Below, piece after piece: positions 1 through 19,400 of a stretch of DNA of 44,066 nucleotides. The position numbers were made by a program, and so were the translations under genes. Below the pieces are notes generated by a model that did no database searches, was not told the origin of the DNA, and saw only the letters and a program-made list of their open reading frames with translations. Origin of the DNA: Reclinomonas americana ATCC 50394 (lineage: Eukaryota); the NCBI GenBank assembly GCA_048213135.1, contig PS015199.1, positions 27,316 to 71,381 of the forward strand, in the 5' to 3' direction. Numbering within the stretch: the first letter of the stretch is position 1; every line of letters starts with the position of its first letter.

Positions 1-65
1 TCCTCGTCGTGCCGTTCGGACGGTACGTACGGTACGAGGAGGAGAGAGAGAGAAGAGAGACGGAG

Positions 66-118
<53 letters not shown>

Positions 119-179
119 CCCCTCCATCTCCCATTCTTATTTCCCTTGTACCCCTCCGTCCTTCCCCCATCGACGCAAC

Positions 180-631
180 TCGCTTCGCCTCATTACCCAG
201 TCCATGATGCGCATACTGCACACCCATTGTCGGCGTCGACGGCGGCGTGTTGAACCCCGGCCGCATCGCCGCCTGTCGCATGCCCGTCGGAGTCGACAGT
301 GCCGACGCACCATCCAGCGTGTACCCGGTGCCTCCAGGCGACGTCCCATCAAAGTCGTCCACCATCATCCCCGCTCCAGTGTCCAGGCTCAGAGCGCCTC
401 CGGGAGAGCGAGAGGGAGAGGCGGGGTCGTCGCCGTGCTTACCCGCTGGTGGAGGGAAAACGAAATGGAGATGAGAGGGTGGAGGGAGAGAGGGAGAAGG
501 AGAGGAGGGCGAAGGAGGGAGGAGGAGAAGGAGGGGGAGGAGAAGGGAGGGAGAAGTAGGGGAAAGACAGAGAGAGGGAGAGTGAGTGACCCATCTGGTG
601 TTTGACAGTGTGCGCCTCTCTCTCTCTTGTG

Positions 632-671
<40 letters not shown>

Positions 672-895
672 TGAGAAGAGATAGCGAGAGAGAGTCCTTG
701 TGAGAGTGTGGCCTTGTCATCTGTCTCATTCACAAGCGAGTTCGTCTCTCTCTCTCTCTCTGTGTGTGTGAGTGAGTGAGTGAGTGAGTGAGTGAGTGAG
801 TGAGTGAGTGAGTGAGTGAGTGAGTGTGTGTGCGTGTGTGTGTGCAATAGTAAGTTTTTGTTTCTCTCTCGCTCATTCTGACACACACACACACA

Positions 896-926
<31 letters not shown>

Positions 927-1190
927 CCACACACAGAGCGAGTGAGTAAGAGTTTGCAAATGAGTTACTTATCGGTATCTCACGCGTCCTTTCACCGCGC
1001 TCTCTCTCTCTCACACTCTCTGTCTGTCTGTCTGCGCCTCTCCCTCTCACTCCGTGTGTGCGCGTGTGAGCAAAGGAGCACAACAGTGTGCGAGAGAGAG
1101 AGTGAGTGAGAGCAGATCCTCTTCTCTCACTCCTAATCACGCACCCGCCAATGACGACTTCCGCACCAAGTGCCGATGCAACTCTGACAT
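180..1190 (-). CDS. Hypothetical protein, 5' exons only (runs off the left end of the window)
   Basis: Exon 1190-1145 (ATG, MSELHRHLVRKSSLA, donor GTGCGT) joins in phase 1 to exon 445-180 (CAG acceptor; AGKHGDDPASPSRSPGG...GLGNEAKR; donor GTTGCG). GC-rich coding-like islands among microsatellites. No recognisable domain. Confidence 0.5.
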
Positions 1191-1634
1191 AGTCTCTCTC
1201 GCACACAAAGACAAAAAAACAACGCAGCGCGCGGAGAGCAAAACGAAAACGCAAACCAAACATGAATTTTTCCCCTCTTCAAATTGCGCACCCTTTATCT
1301 CTGTCGTTCTCTTGCGTACTCTCTCTCCCAGGTGCAGCCTGCACAACAACTACACAACAACTTTACAAATTCAAGAGGCAACGCAGCTGCATGATGATGC
1401 ACCAGAAACTCAGACATGACGGAAAAAAAGCGAGAAAAAGTCGAGGTGGCTAATGCTGGCATTTCTGCAAGAGAAACCACGGCTACGTGACAAGCATGGA
1501 TTTGACGCCGAATTCCAAACATGAATGCAGAAAACAATTGCGAATGCATGATTATCCTTTTTTTCTTCCTCTTCCTCTTCCTCTTTTGCGTCTCTGTGTG
1601 CTTCCCGTCTCTCTATCTCTCTTTCTTCCGGAAA

Positions 1635-2523
1635 ATGATCCTCTTCCTGCGCATGCTCCTGGTGAACAAGTCAAGAATACGCAGCTTTTGCGTGTCGGCG
1701 GACAATTGCAATCGATATCTTATCGTTAACTGGAGGCGGAGATTGTGCGAAAGTGCCTAGGCGAGGAGGTGGGCGAGGGAGAACGAGAGGAAAAGAGAGC
1801 GCNNNNNNNNNNNNNNNNNNNNACTCTCTCTCTCTCTCTCACTCACTCACTCACTCACTCACTCACTCACTCACTCACTCACTCACTCACTCACTCACTC
1901 ACTCACTCACTCACTCACTCACTCACTCACTCATTCTCACACTCTCACTCACTCACACTCTCACACTCATTCTCACACACACGCGCACTCATTCTCACAC
2001 TCTCTCTCGCTCACTCACACACTCACTCACTCTCTCTCTCGCACACACTCTCTCGCACTCTCGCACTCACTCACTCACTCACACACTCACACACACACAC
2101 TCACACACACACTCACTCACTCACACACTCTCACACACACTCTCACACTCGTACACACTCACACACACACTCTCTCTCGCACACTCCCGCACGCTTTCTC
2201 TCCCATTCACTCACTAACTCACTCCTTCCTCCCTTCCTCCCTCCCTTCCTCCCTCTCTTCCACCTCTCTCTCCTTTCCACCCATCACAGTGCTCCTTCCT
2301 CGAGTACCTCAACTACAAGGTGGTGTTCCGACGATACGCCTCCCTGTTCTTCATTGTCGGCGTCGACGAGGAAGAGGTGAGTCCCTCTTTTTTTTTACTC
2401 ATCCTTTCCGTCTTCTCCTCCTCTCACACGCTCATTGTCTCCTCCTCTCTGCAGAACGAGGTCGCCGTCCTCGAGTTCATCCACTGCCTCGTGGAGACCC
2501 TCGATCGCTTCTTTGAGAACGTC
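1635..2523 (+). CDS. AP4S1: Adaptor protein complex sigma subunit, AP-4 type (partial; first exon garbled, 3' exons missing)
   Basis: Exons 2290-2376 (CSFLEYLNYKVVFRRYASLFFIVGVDEEE) and 2455-2523 (NEVAVLEFIHCLVETLDRFFENV) match the clathrin adaptor small-chain family. Upstream fragments MLLVNK (~1653-1670) and LEAEIVRKCL (1730-1759) are characteristic of sigma-4. Confidence 0.8.
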
Positions 2524-2586
2524 GTTGCGTCTCTGTCTACCTGCCTGTCTCCTGCCGATNNNNNNNNNNNNNNNNNNNNCTCTCTC

Positions 2587-2632
<46 letters not shown>

Positions 2633-3021
2633 GGGCTCAACTTCTGCATCTCATGAACTCGCCATGCAAACGTCGCACTTTCCCTCCCACAATTGGCGGC
2701 AATCGAAGCAACTCCCCATTCTCTCTGTCTCGCGCGCTTCTTCGTACCCAAATCTCTTCCGCATCTCGTGAACACGCTCAGTCTCATACATCAGTCTCCT
2801 TTCATCATCCACACTCTGTCGCACACCCTCAATTGCTCATCTTGCTCTCACCGTCGCTCTTCCCGCTCCCTCTCGCATAACTTCATCCCCAATCCTCTTC
2901 TGCATCTCGTCAACACGATCAGTCTCAAGCAGCATTCTCCTTGCTATACTAGCCGCCCATTGATGCAGCTCTCATTCTTTCTCCCCATGCCCGACTGTGC
3001 CTCCACATTGCAAGGAAAGCA

Positions 3022-3580
3022 CAGACGTTCTTACTCTCTATGTCGCTCTTCTCGCTCTCTCGAGTCACATCGCCTCCTGCCTGCTTCTGATCAAAGAACT
3101 CTCTCATGGTAATCCTGCATTTCCCTCTCACAAAAAGCTCAGATGTTCTTACTCTCTCCGTCGCTCTTCCCGCTCTCTCGAGTCACATCGCCTCCTGCCT
3201 GCTTCTGATCAAAGAACTCTCTCATGGCAATCCTGCATTTCCCTCTCACAAAAAAGCTCAGACGTTCTTACTCTCTCCGTCGCTCTTCTCGCTCTCTCGA
3301 GTCACATCGCCTCCTGCCTGCTTCTGATCAAAGAACTCTCTCATGGCAATCCTGCATTTCCCTCTCACAGAAAAGCTCAGATGTTCTTACTCTCTCCGTC
3401 GCTCTTCTCGCTCTCTCGACTCACATCGCCTCCTGCCTGCTTCTGATCAAAGAACTCTCTCATGGCAATCCTGCATTTCCCTCTCACAAAAAAGCTCAGA
3501 CGTTCTTACTCTCTCCGTCGCTCTTCTCGCTCTCTCGACTCACATCGCCTCCAGCCTGCTGCTGATCAAAGAACTCTTTC
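3022..3580. repeat. ~119-bp tandem minisatellite, ~4.7 near-identical copies (degenerate flanks to ~3700)
   Basis: Unit GTTCTTACTCTCTCCGTCGCTCTTCTCGCTCTCTCGAGTCACATCGCCTCCTGCCTGCTTCTGATCAAAGAACTCTCTCATGGCAATCCTGCATTTCC... recurs every 118-119 nt. Probably lies in an SSADH intron. Confidence 0.95.
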
Positions 3581-3831
3581 TTCCCTTTTACAATCGTCGC
3601 ACACAGATGCAGCTCTCTCTGCCTCACTGCTCCTCTTGTGCATGTCGAGAACTTTCTCAGTTTTGCGTGGCTCTTTCTCTCCCACAATCGTCGCTCATCC
3701 AAGTAATCCTCATTCCCTCTCAACTCTTCATCTCCTCGAAAACTACCAGCATTCCTTCCCAATCACTCGTCCTTCACCCTCTCTCTCACCCCTTCCCCTT
3801 CTATCCCCTTCCCTCCGTCCTCCCTTCTCAC

Positions 3832-4983
3832 CTCCTTGATGGTCGCCTGCACCTGACGATCCAGCTGCTCCATGAGATCGCGACGAGCCAGCGGACCCAT
3901 CTGCTCGCCGTGTAAGCACACAAACGCACACACACACACTCAATGCCCTTCCCTTGCCCAACACACACCTGCGTGCGAGCATCCGTGGGATCACCGACCA
4001 CCACCGACTCCATGCGCTGCACGAGGCGGCGGCTGAACTCCTCGACCACCGGTGCCTCCACAATGAAGCGCTTGGCGGCGATGCAACTCTGGCCACTGCA
4101 TCCCACAAAGAATGAGACGCGATGAACATGCACTCCTCCATCCCTGCACGAAAACGCAACGCATTCTGGATGCGAGCGGCGAGCGCCTGATCCGCGGCCA
4201 GATCCAAGTCCGCGTCCTTCAGCACAATGAAGGGGTCCGAGCCGCCCTGCAGCAGCGGGGGAAATCATGAAATTTGCGTCCTTGAATGTGGATAAAGAAA
4301 AAATGGAGGCTACGCACCAGCTCCAACACCGACTTCTTGATCACACTGCCCGCAATGCCGGCCACCGTCTGACCCGCGCGAGTGCTGCCCGTGAGGGTGA
4401 CGGCCTTGATGTCGCGATGACGAATAATGTCGGCCGCCTGGTCATTGTCGACGAACAGATTCTGCACGACATCGGCCGGGAAGCCGGACTCACGGAAAAT
4501 GGCCTCAATGGCCAGCGCGCTTTGTGGGACATTCGGGGCGTGCTGCGGAGGCAGGAGAAAAGGGGGGGGGGTGAGAGACGAGAAGACAAACAGGAAGATG
4601 CATGCAACCTAAGCAGAGGCCAGTTCCCCCACCTTCATCAAGAAAACGTTGCCGACCATCAGCGTGGGGGCGGCGAAGCGGAAGACCTGCCAGAAGGGGA
4701 AGTTCCACGGGAAGATGCCGAAGACGATGCCGATCGGTTGGTAGGAGATGTAGGAGCGCGAGGCGTCGGTGGGGATCATCTTGGATTGGAGGAGGGACTC
4801 GCTTTCGTCGGCAAAGTAGCTGCGGGGCGGGGGAGGAAGAGGGGGAGAGGAGAGTGAGAAGGAGGGGAAAGAGGAGAAGGAGAAGGAAGAGGAGGAAGGG
4901 AGAGAGAGAGCGGGGAATAGAAGAGAGACTGAAGAGAAAATGAGCAGAAGGAAAGAAGAGACATGTTAATAATGAGGAAAGGT

Positions 4984-5019
<36 letters not shown>

Positions 5020-6369
5020 GCGACACGGACGGGGAGTGAGAGAACGAAAGATTAGAAGAGAGCACAGATCAAGCAGATGGAATGCAGACAAGAAAAAGAG
5101 ACAATTAAGAGAAGAGGGAGAGAGGAATAGAGAGTTGAAAGTTCGAAGAGGAGATTCGGCCGAATGAGGAGGAGAGAGGGGAGGGAGGGAGGATAGGGGG
5201 AAGTAAAACAGTGAGACGATGAGAGGCGAACAAAAAGATCAGGAGAGTTGACGTACAATGAGGAGAAAAAGTGGGAGAAGAGAGGAGCGAGGGCAGAACA
5301 GGAGACGGCAAGTGAGACAAGTTGAGGAGAACAGAGAAGGAGGCGTAGAGGTAAGAATAAGGAGCTGCGCGGAGGCAGATAAAAAGAGGAAGAAAAGGGA
5401 GAAGAGAAGAAGAACAAGAGACATGGAAGTGAGTTAATGATATCAGAGATGACAGACGGAAGGGGAGATAGCTGCGAGCGGCGAAGACAGCCACCTGCAA
5501 CCAACACTCACCGCATGCCAATCGCACACTTCTGCACCTCCATGACAGCGTGCGCCAGCGGCTTGCCCATTTCCAGCGTCGCAAGGCTGCCGAGCTCCTT
5601 GGCACGCGAGTCACTGCTCTCACACGAGGAGCAATGAGCAGGCTGCTCAACCACAGACAAAAAAAAAAGCACGCAACAGCAACTGCGCTGCGCGATGCAA
5701 GCACGAGGCGCGAGCGGCAAACGACATGCCCTTCCACGTGTCAAAGGCCTTCAGTCCCTTTTGAATCTGCGAATCACAGAAAGCGGAAAAATCAGCGGGA
5801 ATGCATATGCAAACTCGACATCGAAACTCATGGAAAAGTGTGTGTGCGTGAGAGAGAGAGAGAGAGAAAATGAGAAGGAATGACAAAGCGAGAGAGAAGA
5901 AGAGACAAAGAGTGTGACAGTGTGCGACAAATAGGACGTGTGTGTTTGTGTGTGTGAGTGTGTGTGTGCTCACTCATTCATACACTCACTCCCCACTCAC
6001 TCACTCACTCACTCACTCACTCACTCACTCACTCACTCACTCACTCACTCACACTCACTCACACACACACACACACACACTCTCTCTCTCACTCACTCAC
6101 ACTCACTCACACACACACACACACTCTCTCTCTCACTCTCTCTCTCTCACTCACTCACTCACTCACTCACTCACTCACTCACTCACTCACTCACTTGCNN
6201 NNNNNNNNNNNNNNNNNNNNNNNNNNNNNNNNNNNNNNNNNNNNNNNNNNNNNNNNNNNNNNNNNNNNNNNNNNNCTACCTACCTACCTACCTACCTACC
6301 TACCTACCTACCTACCTACCTACCTACCTACCTACCTACCTACTACCTACTACTACTACTCTCACTACA

Positions 6370-6417
<48 letters not shown>

Positions 6418-6669
6418 ACCCACTCTCTCTCTCTCTCTGTCTCACCCACTCTCTCTCTCTCTCCCTCTCCCCCTCCCTCTCCTCCCGCTCACCTTCTCCT
6501 CCACCTCCTTATTCGTGTGCGACTCGAAGCTCTTGAGGGTCTCACCCGTGACCGGGCTCACAGAGGCATACTTGGGAGGCGGAAGCGGATGCGCCGAGGT
6601 GTTACTCAGCAGTGGCGACGACAGGCCCGAAAAGCGACGAGCGACAGAGAGAAGGCCTCCGCGCAACAT
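3832..6669 (-). CDS. NAD(P)-dependent succinate-semialdehyde dehydrogenase, Sad/GabD1-like ALDH, with likely mitochondrial presequence (3' end missing)
   Basis: Eight phase-compatible exons: 6669-6493, 5766-5678, 5613-5512, 4819-4633, 4542-4318, 4246-4161, 4095-3969, 3900-3832. Motifs EMGKP, PWNFPFWQVFRFAAP, GNVFLMKHAPNVPQ, TLTGSTRAG, KKSVLELGGSDPF, NAGQSCIAAKRFIV, MGPLARRDL. N-terminus MLRGGLLSVARRFS. Confidence 0.92.
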
Positions 6670-6957
6670 GATCGGAACAAAGCGGGATGGAGGACGCGAC
6701 GAAGTTGAGTTGCAAGTCGTTCTGCACGCATGGCTGAAGGAGTAAGCTGCAATACCCGCGGGCCCTCAGCCCTTGAGCCTTGCCAGTATGGAGCTCGCAG
6801 CGTTTGCAATTCGACGTCGACTTCGACTTCGAATTCGCGTTGCATTTGCAACTCGATAGGATTGCAGTTCACAAAACCCGATTCGTGGCCTTTGCATCGG
6901 TCCTCTGCAGAACAGGCAACGGTCGCGTGCGATCGACGGGTGCAAACAAAGTCGCAA

Positions 6958-6990
6958 TTTTGGCGCCAAAAACAAAGTTTCAACCGTTTC
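6958..6990. promoter_or_regulatory. Palindromic E2F-like site TTTTGGCGCCAAAA plus AACCGTT motif, in the divergent SSADH/NHL-1 promoter
   Basis: Perfect 14-bp palindrome ~80 nt upstream of ATG 7050. The same two motifs recur at almost the same distance upstream of the paralogue. Confidence 0.5.
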
Positions 6991-7049
6991 CTTTTTGTTG
7001 AATGAGTAGGCGACGTGCTGCTCCTCACAGAAACACGAGAACGACTCAG

Positions 7050-15569
<8,520 letters not shown>

Positions 15570-15585
15570 GTGAAGTCGGGGGCAA

Positions 15586-15619
15586 TTTTGGCGCCAAATT
15601 AAGCGTTTTAACCGTTTCT
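15586..15619. promoter_or_regulatory. Second copy of TTTTGGCGCCAAA + AACCGTT promoter motifs
   Basis: Lies in the 107-bp gap between the copy-1 stop and the copy-2 ATG. Same order and nearly the same spacing to the ATG as 6958-6990. Confidence 0.5.
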
Positions 15620-15676
15620 TCCTCGCTTTGTGCGACAATGCATCCCTCTCCTCACTCACGCACAGACGTTGCTGCT

Positions 15677-15744
15677 ATGCGCGCGCTCATCGCCGTCGCG
15701 CTCCTCGTGCACCTGCTCTGTCTTTCGCGCACTGGCAGTGCAAG

Positions 15745-15784
<40 letters not shown>

Positions 15785-16418
15785 GTGCACGAGTTTTGCG
15801 CTTCATTATGCGCGCCCACGCTTACAGACACTAATCACCTCTCGCAGACGCCCAGACTGTGACCACTGCAGTCGTCAACAACATTACAGGCTCGTCCGCC
15901 ACTCTCAACGCGTGGGTCATTCCCAATAATGTCAGTGGAGGCACCACCAACTCCTTCGAGTGGTCGCCATATGCTGCCGCGATTGGTGTCTCCTCCGCCA
16001 CTGTCTCCACCTTTGTGGGCACGGCAGGCACCTCGGGAACGACGGATGGTGTTGGAGCGAGCGCACGGTTGAATTCACCTGGGGTGCGTATTCGCTGCAG
16101 TGGTCTTCTTTGGAGAGAGTTTGCCCCCCATACTGTGTGTCATCTGCAGGGACTGGCATTTGACGCCACGGGCAACTTGTTCGTGGCTGAGTACGGGTTT
16201 GTCATACTTCACCTGTCTTGTCGAGTCATCTGTCTTTCTGTCTCCCTCTCTCTCACACACACTCTTTCGCGCGATGATGATGGCAGCAACTGTCGCATTC
16301 GACGCGTCACACCCGCAGCCGCAGTGACCACCTTTGCTGGCACCACATGCGGCTTTGCGGATGGCACAGGCGTGGCAGCTCAGTTCAAGAAGTGCATTTC
16401 TGCTCTCTCGTTCACACA

Positions 16419-16449
<31 letters not shown>

Positions 16450-19400
16450 TCTCTCTCTCTCTCTCTCTCTTACTCTCCATACTCATGCGCTCTTGCAGCC
16501 TATCCGGTCTCGCCATCGACCAAACCACGGGAACCATCTATGTCGCCGATGTGAGTGTGGTGGCGGCCTGCATGATCTCAACGTGATGCAGGCACATATT
16601 CTTCTGACTCCGCCTGTGCGTGCGTGTCTCTTCCGCAGTTGATGAACCAAGCGATTCGCGCCGTCACCTCTGCAGCTGTGGTAACCACGCTGGCGGGGAA
16701 CGGAGCGTTGGGGAGTGCGAATGCCTCGGGCGCAGCCGCCTCCTTCAACCAGCCTGTGGGCGTTGCAGTGGACTCCGCGAACCAGGTGGTATATGTGGGC
16801 GACTGGTTCAATAACACCATTCGACAAGTGACCTACGCCGGTGCGGTGACGACCTTTTGTGGCTCGACGGGCATGAGTGGCACTGCCGATGGTGCTTGTG
16901 CCGGAACTGCGCGATTCGGTGGTCCAAATGGCGTGCTGCTCGTCGGGTCCACGTTGTATGTTGGTGAGTGATGTGTGAGGGAGGGGAAGCACCGAGCTGC
17001 TTTCCTCCGTCCTCTTCTGCGCCCTCGGCTTGTGTGTTGAGTACATGTTGGTGACCTGAGAGCGACGGGAGCACAGAGATGCCCTTTCTCCCATTCTCAT
17101 CTTCGCCTTCTGCTTGTGTGTTGAGTGCAGTCGACCGCGGTAACAACTCCATCCGAGCCATTAATACTGTGGCGATGACAGTGACGACCGTGGCGGGTTC
17201 GACGAGCGGCGCATCTGGATCCACGGATGCCACCGGTGAGACCATCTTGTGCATCCTGTGGCATCGTTTGCTTTCGTGCTGATCGATGAGCACCAGGAAC
17301 GACTGCCCGCTTCAACACGCCCATCGGACTGGCATACGACTCTGGAAACAACGTCATTTATGTTGCCGATGTTGCGCAACTTTTCCACACTCTGGGTGTC
17401 TCTCTTCTTGATTCTTACTGCCTGAGCTCCGCAGAGTGGCAACAACACTGTGCGGCAACTCCGAGTGTCAGACTCGTCAGTGACGACGATTGGCGGCGCG
17501 GCAGGCGTGAGTGGCTCCGCCAACGGCAGCGCTCTGACCGTGGCACGCTTCACCTCGCCAGCCCAACTCGCCTTCGATGCATCGACAGCATCGGTGTTGG
17601 TTGCCGATTTCTCCGCACACACCATCCGTCGCCTCTCGCTGGCGTCGCAATCGGTGTCGGCCACACCCGCCACCTCCACCGGCTCCCTCGCCACGTCGGT
17701 CACTGCCTCACTGACTGGATTGGCGAGCAACTGGACCTACTACTACCGCGCCGTCGGTGTCACCTCCACACCCAGCACCATCAATGGCTCTACCGTGTCG
17801 TTCGCCACCACCACCAATGTGGCTCCCACCGACATTAGCTGCTCGTCGACGACGTATGTGTCGCCGTCGGTGGCGAATCAAGTCGTGTGTGCGCTGCAGA
17901 CGACGGACGCGAATGCGGGGCAGTCGTTCACGTACTCGATTGTCGGCGGCGCCAACAGCGGAGTGTTTTCGATCAGCGGACAGTCGTTGGTGATTGCGGC
18001 GGCAGGGCAGACGGGCAGCTCGCTGGCGGTGACCATTCGGTCGACTGACAATGGATCGCCGCCGCTGTTCTTTGACAAGGCGTTCACCATCACCACAGGT
18101 GAGGCGATTGTGATTCTTTATAGTCAATGTGTTCTTTGTCTGCCTCTCCTGCCCATTCTCCTCTACTCTATTTTTCTGAGAGAGGGTTTCTTCCAGTTCT
18201 CCTTCTCCTCCTCCTCCTCCTCCTCCTCCTCCTCCTCCTCCTCCTCCTCCTCCTCCTCCTCCTCCTCCTCCTCCTCTCCCTCCCCCTGTCCCTTTTGTGC
18301 TGGCGACTCACGATGTTCCCCTCCTTCGGTGCGTCACAGCCACCCAGTCACTGGCCACGCTCGCTGCTAGCAGTGTGACAACGTCGACGGCGACATTGAA
18401 TGCGGTGGTGGGCAACTCTGTGGCAGCCTCGACAATGACAAACTCATTCGAGTGGGCGCCTTCGACGGCCGCATTTGGTGTGACACCAACGGTATCCACG
18501 TGGTTAGGCTCGGCGGGCATGCAGGGCTCGACAGATGATACAGGCACTGCCGCTCGTCTCAATCAATCAACGGTTCGTCAATCGTGCGATTCTTCTAGGA
18601 AGTAAGCCTCACGCATTTGTGTCAATGTGACAGAGCGTGGCGATCGATGCCACCGGCACGGCATTTGTGTGCGACACGTACAATCACACAATTCGACGAG
18701 TGACGAGTGGAGGAGTGACGTCGACGTTTGTGGGAACTGCGTTATCGTCTGGCTTGGTCGACGGAATCGGCTCTGCTGCTCGCTTCAACAGACCCTCTGA
18801 CCTGTCGATCGACCTGACCACTGGATATTTGTACATTGCTGATGTTGCGTTGGTTGTGCTGTTCGATGAGTGCATATTCATCGTCTTCTTACGCTGCCGG
18901 TTTCCAGGTTTTGAATTTTGCGATTCGTGTGAGCACCCCTTCCGGCTCTGTGTCAACTCTGGCTGGCAACGGGACTGTGGGCACTGCCAATGGCACCGGA
19001 GCGAGTGCGAGGTTTAATCGCGCGCACGGAATTGATGTTGACTCGTCCAACAAAGCGGTGTACGTTGGTGACTGGTTGAACAAGGCTGTGAGGAAGGTGT
19101 GATACTGCTTCTGCGCCTGCACTTGTTGTGTCATCTATAGCTCAGATCAGACTGTTCCACTTCGCAGATCACTTATGGAGGCGAGGTCACCACATTCTGT
19201 GGTTTGATTGGGTCTTCTGGTACGGCTGACGGAGCATGTACACCAACAGCACGGTTTGGCGGACCGACGGGTGTGACTCTGGATAAGACGACTAGTCGGT
19301 TATTCGTTGGTGTGTGTGTCTGTGTGCGTGCGTGCGTGTGAGTGTGTTGCGTGTTTGTTCAAAAAATGATACTCACACCTTGATGGCGAGCAGCTGATCG

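Noticed and set aside
1727-1729. In-frame TAA before LEAEIVRK as evidence of stop-codon reassignment
   Set aside because: It is a single case in a garbled region, and no other modelled exon needs readthrough.
3022-3580. Regular repeat array as a possible CRISPR or repeat-protein gene
   Set aside because: Units are similar along their full length with no unique spacers, the 118-119-nt period breaks the frame, and the context is a eukaryotic intron.
2524-3831. Missing 3' ends of both AP-4 sigma and SSADH as possible trans-splicing or truncation
   Set aside because: The two genes converge on the N gap at 2560-2579, which probably hides the remaining exons.
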